Below, in pieces: positions 46,318 through 55,807 of a stretch of DNA of 64,000 bases (position 1 is the stretch's first letter; each line of letters opens with the position of its first letter). The notes beneath the pieces were generated by a model. That model made no database searches. It saw only the letters and a list, made by a program, of their open reading frames with translations, and was not told where the DNA came from. This DNA comes from an uncultured Candidatus Saccharibacteria bacterium. GTDB taxonomy: Bacteria > Patescibacteriota > Andersenbacteria > UBA10190. Position numbers and translations under genes: made by a program. Location of the stretch: the NCBI GenBank assembly GCA_964359735.1, contig CAYHTZ010000006.1:3898-67897 (forward strand), written 5' to 3'.

Positions 46318-47259
46318 ATGGTGTCGAATGAACACATTGCGCAGGTGTTATACGAAATTGCAGATTATTTAGAAGTAGACGATATGCCATTTAAGCCAGA
46401 GGCATACAGGGAGGCAGCGAAGTTTGTGGAGCATTATAAGGAGGAATTGGTTGCTGTATACAAGCGGGGTGGAGTGGATGCACTGGAGGCATTGCCCGAG
46501 ATTGGGGAAAGCATGGCGAGAAAAATTGCAGAGCTGATTGAGACAGGGAAGCTCAAGTATTTGGAAAAAATGCGCAAGAAATTGCCGGTGGATATGGTTG
46601 GGCTGAATGCCATTGCCGGGGTAGGCCCTAAGACCATTGCCAAGCTGTACAAAGAGCACAAGGTGAAAACGGTAGAAGATTACGAAAAACTTAAGGTAGC
46701 CCAGCCTTCGCTAAAGCTACGGCGGGTGCCTGCTGGGAAAGCAGGTAGAAGATTGTATGCTGAGGTTAAGCCAATTGCTGAGAGTATTGTTTCGGCGTTG
46801 CGAAAATTGCCGCAGGCAAAAGTAGTCGAGGTTGCTGGGTCGCTGCGGCGCAAAACGGCTACAATTGGCGATGTTGATTTGGTGGCGGCATCAACGAGGC
46901 CGGCAAAAGTAATGGAAGTGTTTGCGAGCTTGCCGGAGGTGGAGCGGGTGTATAGCAAGGGAGATACGAAAACGCTGGTGCGACTTAAGGAAGGAATTGA
47001 TGCGGATCTTAGAGTTGTAGCGCCCGAAAGTTTTGGCGCCGCGATGCAATATTTCACGGGGCCGAAAGAACACAGCATTGCCACCCGCCAATACGCGCGC
47101 GACCGCGGCCTGAAGCTGAATGAATATGGCTTATTCCGCGGCAAAAAGAAATTGGCTGGGAAAACTGAGAAAGAAATCTACGATGTTTTGGGCATTAAGC
47201 TGGAGAAGCCGGGGGAGAGGTCTGGAAAGCTCACTGAGAAAAGGCTTGAAGAACGCTAG
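46318..47259 (+). CDS. polX: DNA polymerase X family protein lacking PHP domain
   Basis: N-terminal 8-kDa/HhH, GVGPK, AGSLRR...GDVD, DLRV, YFTG.K.H, LNEYGL. Confidence 0.9.
   Translation: MVSNEHIAQVLYEIADYLEVDDMPFKPEAYREAAKFVEHYKEELVAVYKRGGVDALEALPEIGESMARKIAELIETGKLKYLEKMRKKLPVDMVGLNAIAGVGPKTIAKLYKEHKVKTVEDYEKLKVAQPSLKLRRVPAGKAGRRLYAEVKPIAESIVSALRKLPQAKVVEVAGSLRRKTATIGDVDLVAASTRPAKVMEVFASLPEVERVYSKGDTKTLVRLKEGIDADLRVVAPESFGAAMQYFTGPKEHSIATRQYARDRGLKLNEYGLFRGKKKLAGKTEKEIYDVLGIKLEKPGERSGKLTEKRLEER
46700..46726. repeat. REP-like family A element within polX
   Basis: CCCAGCCTTCGCTAAAGCTACGGCGGG; translated as QPSLKLRR. Confidence 0.75.
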
Positions 47260-47282
47260 CAGGGAAGGTAGGCTAGGGACAG

Positions 47283-47561
47283 ATGGCTAAACCTCAAGTT
47301 ATTGGCACGGTTTCTCATTACTACGACCATATTGGCGTGGCGGTGGTTGAGCTTACCAAGCCACTGAAAAGCGGCGAGACCGTAACGTTTTTACGGGGCG
47401 AGCATCACCTAGTTCAGCCTGTGACTTCAATGCAGATTGACCACACGAATGTGGAGAAGGCTAAGGCGGGCACAAGTGTTGGAGTAAAAGTGGAAGCAAG
47501 TGTACAGCCAGGCGCGAAGGTATATCGGGGCGAGGTACCTGCTCCGGTAGCGGTCAGGTAA
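47283..47561 (+). CDS. Translation-factor-like beta-barrel small protein
   Basis: IG.VSHYYD.IGVA, Q.V.SMQI, A.AG..VG.KV. Confidence 0.88.
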   Translation: MAKPQVIGTVSHYYDHIGVAVVELTKPLKSGETVTFLRGEHHLVQPVTSMQIDHTNVEKAKAGTSVGVKVEASVQPGAKVYRGEVPAPVAVR

Positions 47562-47574
47562 AAGCAGGGTAGTT

Positions 47575-47603
47575 AAAAAGTAGCTTTGTAAGGCTGCTTT
47601 TTG
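47575..47603 (+). terminator. Intrinsic terminator
   Basis: AAAAAGTAGCTTT-GT-AAGGCTGCTTTTT followed by T-rich tract. Confidence 0.6.
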
Positions 47604-47668
47604 TTGTTTTTTTGACTTTTTTCTTTGTCCATACTATTGTTGGCTGGACAATTAAAGTTGTCTCGAGT

Positions 47669-49546
47669 ATGAAATCCCTATTTAAATCACAAACTTCATA
47701 CGAGCTGATGGACCTTTTGGCGCGGCAGCCCAAGAAGAACTTCTTCTTAGCGGAGCTCGCGAAGACACTGCAGAAAGACAAGGCGAATGTGACGCGTGAG
47801 CTCGATAAACTGCACCAAGAAGGCATCGTACGCGTGGAAGAAAAAGGCGGGAAAAAGTTTTATGGTTTAAACCAGGGCTACGACGGCATTAAGGAGCTCG
47901 TCGGCTTGCTAGAGAAGCACCGCAGCAAAGATTTCGAGACGAAGTTCAAGCGCAGCTGGCTCCTCGCCGAAGACATTCCCAACATGGATCCATTTTTCAG
48001 CCAGATTTGGATGAACTGTTTCGTGAAGGAGTTTGCGGAGCCCAGCGGGCGGGCTTACGAATGTATTGCAGCCATTTACCAGGATTATCACCTCTGGTTC
48101 TACTTTGACGAGAAAGACGCGCACGCGGTGGCACAGAACATTGTCGATCGATTCGATGAGAATCCTGACTTCATGGATGAAGTGAACCGCGAAATTGTGC
48201 GGCACTCCGACGTTCTGCGCGATTTTGCCGAAAAGCTTCCCGAAGAGAAGTTGGAGAAGCTTTCAAATCAAAAGTTATGGCAGCTCTACCGTGACCATGA
48301 GGACACGCACAAGGCCTACTATCAGTGGGCATGGATACCAGTGGCGGTAGATATGTTTACGAATCACCTGACGGAATATGGTAAGAAATTGCTGCAGGAA
48401 ATAGAAGTGCCGGAGGACAAGGTGAATGAGTATTTAACACTGCTCACGCAACCTTCGCGGCCTTCCCCGATTAAGGAGGAACAAGATAGCTTAACTAAGA
48501 TTGCGATTGCGGTGCAGAAAGACTTCCAGCAACTGAAACTCTTCCAAGAACTTTTTCGCAAATTCAAGGAAGAGGATGTGAAGGAGTTCGGGCTTTACAC
48601 TCACAGCCCGGAATACGAAGCGCAATTTGAGAAGCGGGTGCAGGAGCTGGTGGAAACTATTCAGCCAAAGATATTGCAGGCGGTGCAAGAGGTGTACGCA
48701 CGATACTTTTACACCAAGTTTATTTTCACAGAAGAGCAAGGCGTGTACAGCTTCGAGCACTACTTAAAAGCACTGGTGCGCCTCGTGAACCGTACGCCGG
48801 ATTTAGGAAAAGAGTTTCAGGAAGAGGAGCAGGAACTCGCGAATATTATTCAAAAACGGGAAGAGCTTATCAGGAAGCTCAAATTAACCAAACGGCAGCG
48901 TCAAATATTTGATGCCTGGGGAGAATTCATGATAACGAAGATTTACCGCCGGTACGCCCAGCTCTTCGCGCTCTACAAAATGACAGCGATTGTGGAGGAA
49001 ATCGGCCGTAGACTGGGGCTTACCTTGAAACAGACTCGGTTCATGAAGACGAGCGAGGTGGAAGCGGGTCTCTCAGGCGGCAGTGTGGATATGGATGAGA
49101 TTAAGCGGCGGGTGGAGTTCTCTGTTTCTTATGCGGATAAGAACGGGCGGGTGTTTTACTCCGGCGCCGAAGCCAAGAAGGCGGCGGAACTTATCAAAGG
49201 CAAAGAACAGGATTTGAGTGGAATCAAGGAACTGAAAGGCCAGGTGGGTTGCCAGGGCATGGCCACGGGAACCGTGAAAGTAGTGAACGTGATTGAAGAT
49301 ATGAAGAAAATGGAGGAAGGGGATATTCTGGTGGCCATTTCTACACAGCCGGATCTTTTGCCGGCCATGAAAAAAGCGGCGGCGTTTGTAACGGAGCAGG
49401 GCGGGGTAACGTCCCACGCGGCCATTGTGGCGCGGGAAATGAACACGCCGTGCGTGATTGGCACCAAGATTGCCACGAAGGTTTTGAAGGATGGCATGAA
49501 AGTGGAAGTTGACGCCACGAAGGGAATTGTGAGAATTTTGGATTAG
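47669..49546 (+). CDS. Winged-HTH fused to PEP-utiliser phosphohistidine (swivel) domain protein
   Basis: N-terminal ELAK.L....ANV.REL.KL...GIV; C-terminal GDILV...T.P...GGVTSHAAIVARE. Confidence 0.88.
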   Translation: MKSLFKSQTSYELMDLLARQPKKNFFLAELAKTLQKDKANVTRELDKLHQEGIVRVEEKGGKKFYGLNQGYDGIKELVGLLEKHRSKDFETKFKRSWLLAEDIPNMDPFFSQIWMNCFVKEFAEPSGRAYECIAAIYQDYHLWFYFDEKDAHAVAQNIVDRFDENPDFMDEVNREIVRHSDVLRDFAEKLPEEKLEKLSNQKLWQLYRDHEDTHKAYYQWAWIPVAVDMFTNHLTEYGKKLLQEIEVPEDKVNEYLTLLTQPSRPSPIKEEQDSLTKIAIAVQKDFQQLKLFQELFRKFKEEDVKEFGLYTHSPEYEAQFEKRVQELVETIQPKILQAVQEVYARYFYTKFIFTEEQGVYSFEHYLKALVRLVNRTPDLGKEFQEEEQELANIIQKREELIRKLKLTKRQRQIFDAWGEFMITKIYRRYAQLFALYKMTAIVEEIGRRLGLTLKQTRFMKTSEVEAGLSGGSVDMDEIKRRVEFSVSYADKNGRVFYSGAEAKKAAELIKGKEQDLSGIKELKGQVGCQGMATGTVKVVNVIEDMKKMEEGDILVAISTQPDLLPAMKKAAAFVTEQGGVTSHAAIVAREMNTPCVIGTKIATKVLKDGMKVEVDATKGIVRILD

Positions 49547-49548
49547 GT

Positions 49549-50550
49549 ATGGCTTTCACGAAACCATTTGAGAAGTTGTCGAAAGAAGACGTGGGTATTG
49601 CCGGGGGCAAGGGAGCTTCCTTGGGGGAGATGACGCAGGCGGGTATTCCCGTGCCGCCTGGGTTTGTGGTGCTCTCAGGCGCATTTGAAGAATTTCTGAA
49701 GGCCACAGATTTGAATGTGGAACTGGATTCCATTCTGGATCAGGTGAATCACACGGTGATGCACGAGGTGGATGGCGCTTCAGGAAAAATTCAGGCGTTA
49801 ATTCTGAGCAAAGAAATGCCGGAGGCGATCGCGAAAGAAGTAGAAGCGGGGTTCAAGAAGTTAGGCGCCAAGTATGTAGCGGTGCGCTCGAGCGCTACGA
49901 GCGAAGATAGCGCTGACGCCGCCTGGGCGGGGCAGCTCGATAGCTATCTGAATACTACCCACGAAGTCTTGCTTGCTAATGTAAAGAGGTGCTGGGCTTC
50001 GCTGTTTACGCCGCGGGCGATTTTCTATCGATTCGAGAAGGGCTTTCACCCTTCGACAGGCTCAGGGCAAGCTGGCAAACGCATTTCGGTGGCCGTGGTA
50101 GTGCAGAAAATGATCCAAAGCGAAGTTTCTGGGATTGCTTTTTCCGTACACCCGGTGACGCAGGACCGCGATCAGATGATTATTGAATCAGGATTCGGGC
50201 TGGGGGAGGCCATTGTGCAAGGCTCCATTACGCCGGATAGTTACGTGATAGAAAAGAGCGCCAAGAATATTTTGGATAAAAATATAACAGTCCAAGAAAA
50301 AGGACTGTTTCGCAGGACCCAGCCTTCGCATGAAGCTTCGGCGGGCAAAGGCGCGGAGGTTAATGAATGGAGAGACATTCCAACTGATAAGGGTGAGATG
50401 CCTACGTTGACCGATGAAGAAGTTTTGGAGCTCTCAGATTTAATTATGAATATTGAAAAGCACTACGGCTTCCCGGTGGACGTGGAATGGGCGCGGGAGA
50501 AGGACAAGTTCTATATTGTACAATCCCGGCCGATTACAACCTTGAAGTAA
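49549..50550 (+). CDS. Stand-alone PEP synthase/PPDK N-terminal ATP-grasp domain
   Basis: GGKGASLGE, VAVRSSA..ED...AGQ, VVVQKM, GLGEA.V.G, DVEWA, Q.RPIT. Confidence 0.93.
   Translation: MAFTKPFEKLSKEDVGIAGGKGASLGEMTQAGIPVPPGFVVLSGAFEEFLKATDLNVELDSILDQVNHTVMHEVDGASGKIQALILSKEMPEAIAKEVEAGFKKLGAKYVAVRSSATSEDSADAAWAGQLDSYLNTTHEVLLANVKRCWASLFTPRAIFYRFEKGFHPSTGSGQAGKRISVAVVVQKMIQSEVSGIAFSVHPVTQDRDQMIIESGFGLGEAIVQGSITPDSYVIEKSAKNILDKNITVQEKGLFRRTQPSHEASAGKGAEVNEWRDIPTDKGEMPTLTDEEVLELSDLIMNIEKHYGFPVDVEWAREKDKFYIVQSRPITTLK
50049..50071. repeat. REP-like family B element within CDS
   Basis: CCCTTCGACAGGCTCAGGGCAAG; translated as PSTGSGQ. Confidence 0.8.
50318..50350. repeat. REP-like family A element within CDS
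   Basis: CCCAGCCTTCGCATGAAGCTTCGGCGGGCAAAG; translated as QPSHEASAGK. Confidence 0.8.
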
Positions 50551-50618
50551 GACATTGCGCTGAGGTGAGTTTTTGTGGTTGATTGACAAACACCAATCCC
50601 CATTTCATTATCTATAGT

Positions 50619-51040
50619 ATGGGATCACCAGAAGGTCCTTTTGAAGAGGATCAGAATCCGTATCAATCTCTGGGGGCAGGAATCTTTTTGGAGCGGCTGA
50701 TTGCCCAAGCTGGGCAGGAGAAAGATGTATATGCGAAAGCTTTAGAGACAGCAGCAGAAGAATTAGTGCCTGAATATGTGCAACGTGTGTCCGCAGGTGC
50801 GACCGAGGATCAACGACAGCAGATTATTACCTTGGCGGAAAGTGAGAGAGCGTAGTTACTATGAGCTTTTTTCGGCCGCGTAAAATTAAAGATCCAATCT
50901 CGGGTGAGGAGCGAATTGTCAGCCCCGAAGAGCAGATGGAAATGCTAGAAAAAGGGATTGTGTTTGATGTGCCGTCGGAAGTAGTGGACGACGAACCGAC
51001 ACGGGGAGCGCAACAAACTTCACCGGCTTCAGATGCGTGA
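50619..51040 (+). pseudogene. Hypothetical gene apparently frameshifted at a GA run (or two small ORFs 50619..50855 and 50861..51040)
   Basis: Removing one AG from GAGAGAG at 50844..50850 gives ...LAESESVVTMSFFRPRK...DA*. Confidence 0.5.
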
Positions 51041-52088
51041 AGAGACGTATCCTATAGGGAGCCTTAACCTTCCGCTCGGGGAAGTGGATACCTCAGCTAT
51101 GGCTGCTGGGGAGTTCCAAGCATGGCGTGACGAGTGGGGATTTATTCCTGATGTGGAAGCGCAGGTTGCCGCCCAGCTTGAAAGGCAGGGGCTCAGGTTG
51201 ATGCAAGAGGATGTTCCGTCTGGCTACCATTGGCCTACTGTACGTGAATGGATTTTCCTCTGTTTCGAACAAAGGAACCCTCATCGGTTTTATCCGGCCT
51301 TTGTGCAACGGGGAGAAAGTGGGGAAGTTTTTTTCACAAAAACACGGGTGCGTTCCCGAGTAGAATTTGGAGGGTTGGAGCATGAAGCTAAAGTATTACG
51401 ACGTCTTCCCGAAGGAGTGAACGCACCAAAAGTGATTGATTATATTCCGGCGCGGGATCGGGAATTAGAGATGCTTGTTCTGAGTAGTGTTCGTTTTAGT
51501 GAAGGCATGGCTCTTCCGGCAGAGCAGTGGCAGCCAGCCAACGCGCAGTCTGCTGCGAGGCAGATTCGAGTACTGGAAACGATGCGCATGGAAGACGTGC
51601 CAGAGCTGTCTGCAGAAGTTGATGTTTCGCTTGAATATTTGTTAGAGCACGTAGGATCTTTTCTGCCTGCTGACCTCGATCAGACAACGAAAGAGGTTCT
51701 GCGTCAGTATTCTCCCCAGGAGACTTCATTGGTACTCGTTCATAGAGATCTGCAGCCGCGAAATATTGTGGTACTGAAAACGGGCGAATGTGTCCCGGTT
51801 GATTGGGAGCAGGGCGGAGCTGGGTACCGTGGTCAGGACGCTGGCCTCCTGTTGTGGCAATTATGGGGAAATGAATCCTCCCGCCAAGCCTTTATTGATA
51901 CTTATATTGAGGCGGATAATCTGGCTGATCGAGCGCAGCGGCTAGCTCGGCTGCGCTTTGGGGTTTTGCTCGAGTTTTTGCGGCAAGTGAGCTGGCATGC
52001 GAAGCGCCCTGACCAGGTTCAAGCTGAGATTGCCAGGCTAGGCCCTCGATTAACTGAAATACTGGCTACCCTGGCTGAGCAGACATAA
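51033..52088 (+). CDS. APH/choline-kinase-like phosphotransferase
   Basis: FFTK, HEAKVL, VHRDLQPRN, VDWE, D. Confidence 0.85.
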   Translation: MREETYPIGSLNLPLGEVDTSAMAAGEFQAWRDEWGFIPDVEAQVAAQLERQGLRLMQEDVPSGYHWPTVREWIFLCFEQRNPHRFYPAFVQRGESGEVFFTKTRVRSRVEFGGLEHEAKVLRRLPEGVNAPKVIDYIPARDRELEMLVLSSVRFSEGMALPAEQWQPANAQSAARQIRVLETMRMEDVPELSAEVDVSLEYLLEHVGSFLPADLDQTTKEVLRQYSPQETSLVLVHRDLQPRNIVVLKTGECVPVDWEQGGAGYRGQDAGLLLWQLWGNESSRQAFIDTYIEADNLADRAQRLARLRFGVLLEFLRQVSWHAKRPDQVQAEIARLGPRLTEILATLAEQT

Positions 52089-53151
52089 GTTTCATGATTG
52101 CCTGATAGGCGTTGGGCTCTCCCGGGACGAAGTGCTTGGCTTGGGCGGCTTGCATTCGCTTTCGGGCTTCTTCGTTGTAGAGAAGCGTATCCACTGAAGT
52201 GGTTGTTTCAGAAAGCGGGGTGAGTTTCGTTTCCATAAAACACGTGCCAGCGCGAGCAAGCGGTGAGAGTTCCCAAATATGCTGTTCAGGAATCGTGGGA
52301 TGGCCGGGAATGTCGGCATTGGCAATGACGGGTATTTGAGCGGCGATAGCTTGAGCAAGCGTGCCCATGCCGTGATGCTGGAATACGAGATCGCTCGCGG
52401 CGAGCGCCCCATAAAAATCATCGATAAAGGTCTTTTCCGTAACCCAGGGGGGCACAGGTTGTGAAAGAGGTGGGCCAAGGTAGAGCACGCGAGTGTTTTT
52501 TCCTCGGCTGCGCAGCTGCCTCACCGAACCCAGCAGCTTTTCAATTACCCAGGGGCGGTGATCGGCACCTCGCCCGCTGGCATACAAGAAAATGAGTTTT
52601 TCATCTTCTTTCAGTTGAAATGTTTTTCGAATGTTCTCTCGAGTCTCTGAGCTCGGCGGCTCATAGGAAGGCACGAAGCCGACCGGTTCCAATTTTTCGC
52701 GAACAGATTTTTCGATGGTAAAATTCCCCCCGTTTTCTTCCAGGCCTAATTCGAAAATCTTAGGAGGAAAGCCGATCAAGTAGCGATCGGCCCAGGTGAC
52801 GAACGGAAACCCGGGGAACTTCGCTCTGTCGAAAAGCCAGAAGGTGTCGAAGCAGACGGTTAGGGGTTTGTTGGGTGGCGGTGTTTCGCGAAAGAGGTCG
52901 TTTTTACGCCAGATTTTGGAATTGCAGAGCACCAGCACATCCGGAGTGTGAAGCTGGAGCTGCGCCACAAGGCTTCCTGGGGTGGGTGTAAAGGCAATAG
53001 TGAATTTGTCGCGATCCGACTTGATAAAATTCATGTTTGTGGCCTGCACCACAGCCAGCGTAACCGCGAAGCCCTGTGTGTGCAGGTGCCGGCCTAAGGC
53101 TTGGGCGTGGGCCACCTCTCCTGGCCCCATGGCAGCGAGAAGACACTTCAT
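52066..53151 (-). CDS. GT-B glycosyltransferase (GT28/GT1-like)
   Basis: MGPGE, ASDLVFQHHGMGTL..AI....P.I, EQ. Confidence 0.75.
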   Translation of the reverse strand: MKCLLAAMGPGEVAHAQALGRHLHTQGFAVTLAVVQATNMNFIKSDRDKFTIAFTPTPGSLVAQLQLHTPDVLVLCNSKIWRKNDLFRETPPPNKPLTVCFDTFWLFDRAKFPGFPFVTWADRYLIGFPPKIFELGLEENGGNFTIEKSVREKLEPVGFVPSYEPPSSETRENIRKTFQLKEDEKLIFLYASGRGADHRPWVIEKLLGSVRQLRSRGKNTRVLYLGPPLSQPVPPWVTEKTFIDDFYGALAASDLVFQHHGMGTLAQAIAAQIPVIANADIPGHPTIPEQHIWELSPLARAGTCFMETKLTPLSETTTSVDTLLYNEEARKRMQAAQAKHFVPGEPNAYQAIMKLMSAQPG

Positions 53152-54638
53152 TACAAGTACTTCTGAGCGAGATTTTCGCTGGTGGTGTTTTTGATAAACT
53201 CAATTCCCCAGCGGTAGATATTATTTTCTTCCAAAATATGCCGCATTTCGGCGTTGCGGTGTCGTCTTTCCTCTCGATTCATATTGAGAGCGTAATTGAG
53301 CGCATCGGCGCTGCCCTCGGTGTCGTAGGGATTAATGTGGATAGCAGAGTGCAGATCTTTGGCGGCTCCGGCGAAGCGGGAAAGTACCAAGGCACTTTTG
53401 TCAGGATCAGCGGCGATGGCGAATTCTTTAGCGACCAGATTCATACCATCGTCCAGAGGGCTGACCAAGCCGATATCAGCCAGGCGATAGTAGGCAAAGA
53501 GACGGTTACGCTCAATAGCATGTGTAATAAAGTGAATCGGCTGCCAGCCGTTGTGACTGTATTTTTCGTTAATGCGCTGGACGAGCTTGTGGACCTTGCG
53601 GTGGTAGGTTTTGTAGGCAGGAATAGCTAGGCGGGAGGGAACGCCAATCATGAGCTGGGTAATAAGGTTGCGGTATTGGGGATACTTTTCCAAGAATCGG
53701 TCTAGGATACGCAGCCACTCTACCATACCCTTGGTGTAATCAATGCGGTCGACGCTGAGCAGGAGGTACTTGCTCGTGATATTTAACCCCAAATCTTTTT
53801 TGAGAATGTCGCGCGTAATCGGCTGGCTGCGCTTGATAACGTCGTCAATTTCGCCGGTATCGATACCAGTAGGAAGGTGGACGAGTTTGGTGAGGCGTTT
53901 GCGGTACAGTACGGAGCGGGGCTCGGACTCTACGACCACGCCGATTTCTTCACGGAGTGAGTCAATAAAGTTATCAACGTGGTAGTAGCGATGAAAGCCA
54001 ACCAGATCAGCTCCCAACAAACCTTCTAGGATTTCGCGCCGCCAGGGGCAAATGCGGAAAATTTCCACGGTAGGCCAGGGAATGTGCCAAAAAATCCCGA
54101 TGGAAATATTTGCGTCCATTTCGCGAAGCATTTTGGGCAAGAGTGCCAAGTGGTAATCGTTAATCCAAACGAAAGCGTCCTTTCCTTTAATTTCCTGCAA
54201 GATCGATTTCGCAAAACGGTGGTTTACCTTCGCGTACGTTCGCCACCAGGAAGAGCGAAAGAGCGGCTTTACGAACACGCCGTGGCAAAGCGGCCATAGA
54301 GTTTGGTTGGAAAACCCGTAGTAGAACTGGTCCTGCTCTTTCTTAGTGAGGAAAATTCTTTTGAGTTGGTAGCTTTCTTCGCCGGGCGGAACGGCGACTT
54401 TCCCCTCGGCGTTTAGAACTTCTTTATCGGCTTCTCCGGCAGCGACAGCTACCATCAGCCCGCCGGTCTTGCGCAGGATGCTGTCCAGGAGAACGGTGAC
54501 TCCCCCAATCGAACGCTCAGCCCTAACTCCTTCCGGGGTGGGGTTATGAGTGTACGGTTCACGCTGAATGGCGGCGATGAATTGTCTTTCTTGAAGAGCT
54601 TCGTGTGCGAAACTTATGAGATCTTGAGCAGTTGTCAT
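53151..54638 (-). CDS. otsA: Trehalose-6-phosphate synthase (GT20)
   Basis: YYGFSNQTLWPLCH, WINDYHL, FWHIPWP, VDRIDYTKG, DGMNLVAKEF. Confidence 0.95.
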   Translation of the reverse strand: MTTAQDLISFAHEALQERQFIAAIQREPYTHNPTPEGVRAERSIGGVTVLLDSILRKTGGLMVAVAAGEADKEVLNAEGKVAVPPGEESYQLKRIFLTKKEQDQFYYGFSNQTLWPLCHGVFVKPLFRSSWWRTYAKVNHRFAKSILQEIKGKDAFVWINDYHLALLPKMLREMDANISIGIFWHIPWPTVEIFRICPWRREILEGLLGADLVGFHRYYHVDNFIDSLREEIGVVVESEPRSVLYRKRLTKLVHLPTGIDTGEIDDVIKRSQPITRDILKKDLGLNITSKYLLLSVDRIDYTKGMVEWLRILDRFLEKYPQYRNLITQLMIGVPSRLAIPAYKTYHRKVHKLVQRINEKYSHNGWQPIHFITHAIERNRLFAYYRLADIGLVSPLDDGMNLVAKEFAIAADPDKSALVLSRFAGAAKDLHSAIHINPYDTEGSADALNYALNMNREERRHRNAEMRHILEENNIYRWGIEFIKNTTSENLAQKYL

Positions 54639-54673
54639 ACTTGATTAAAAACGTAAAAATAACCTCCCCACCT

Positions 54674-55807
54674 TTATTGGCCGAGCCAAGCCATCAGCGT
54701 CTGTGGTCCAACAGTGCCGGGGAAAGCTTCGTCTCCCAAAATAACTTGTCGGGATGTATTCGGAAACTGGTAGACGCCAGTTGTTATGGTATCATTATTT
54801 TGTCTTTTTGTCATCTGTTGACGAATGTTATGGAGTGTTTCAGATTGCAAGTCCTGATAGAGCATGGCTCCGCCGGGAATGAGAAACGTGGCCTGGCTTT
54901 TTGGTGCGCCATACAATCCCATTTCCAGATCGGCTGGGGAGTCACCCGCGATCAGCACTTCTATTTTTGCAGAGGGAGATAGATTCACGTGGAGTTGCCT
55001 GTAGACTCTGTTTACGCCGTCTACTTTTTTCATACCTTGGGGTTGGATGTACGTTTTGTATACCGGAGGGGTAGCAGCGAACGCATTTTCGTGTGTGAGA
55101 GTGAGTTGCTTTATGACTGCTGGCGTTGTTTCTTGGACTTGAACTTCGGCGAGGGCACTCGCGAACGTTTCTTGTTCATGGAGGCTCTCGAAGCACGTTT
55201 CGATTCGGTATTGAGGGAAGTACACGCCGGGCTTGCCTTGGCGGTAGTGTTCACCAACTTCGTTCGGGTTGAGTGAGCCAAAGCTTACCCCTCGAGTTTG
55301 CTCAAGACGGTGCAGAGTCTCCACAACCTGCGACCGCCACTCGTTCGGTGCGGCGCCGGCTTGGGCAAGGTAGCTTTCGTCCGCTGCGTAGCCGCCGGTT
55401 ACTTGCCGAACTGCAAGCTCTCCTCCCAGGGTTCCAATGATGGCATCAGGATCGCGAAGGCCGGTGAAAGCAGGAGTTTCCTCCGGGTAGCCAGGCTTCA
55501 GCTTGCCTGTGGCATAGGAGACTAGATTGGCGAGGGGGCGTTGCCGGATTTCTGCGGACGATTTTTCGCGCGCTTCCTTAGTGATGCACGTTTCCGAGGT
55601 GCGGGCAGTGACGAGCACGACGACAAAACCTCGGGTTTCCAAAAGATCCCGCAATGCTTGCTGCTCGGACGGAGTGCCCGAAAATGTTCCGTCGATATCA
55701 AGAAACGCTACCTGGAGGGGCTGGCCTCCTTGGTGGGGTTGGCGAAGTTTTTGGAGAGCTGAGCTATGTTGGTACACGGCGGCGGAATCTTCATGAGCGC
55801 TTGGCAT
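54674..55807 (-). CDS. HAD-IIB sugar-phosphate phosphatase
   Basis: FLDIDGT, VTAR, K..G, AGDS.AD. Confidence 0.82.
   Translation of the reverse strand: MPSAHEDSAAVYQHSSALQKLRQPHQGGQPLQVAFLDIDGTFSGTPSEQQALRDLLETRGFVVVLVTARTSETCITKEAREKSSAEIRQRPLANLVSYATGKLKPGYPEETPAFTGLRDPDAIIGTLGGELAVRQVTGGYAADESYLAQAGAAPNEWRSQVVETLHRLEQTRGVSFGSLNPNEVGEHYRQGKPGVYFPQYRIETCFESLHEQETFASALAEVQVQETTPAVIKQLTLTHENAFAATPPVYKTYIQPQGMKKVDGVNRVYRQLHVNLSPSAKIEVLIAGDSPADLEMGLYGAPKSQATFLIPGGAMLYQDLQSETLHNIRQQMTKRQNNDTITTGVYQFPNTSRQVILGDEAFPGTVGPQTLMAWLGQ

Noticed and set aside
50853-50855. Stop-codon reassignment or readthrough
   Set aside because: TGA, TAG and TAA all terminate conserved genes here; the break is a frameshift, not an in-frame stop.
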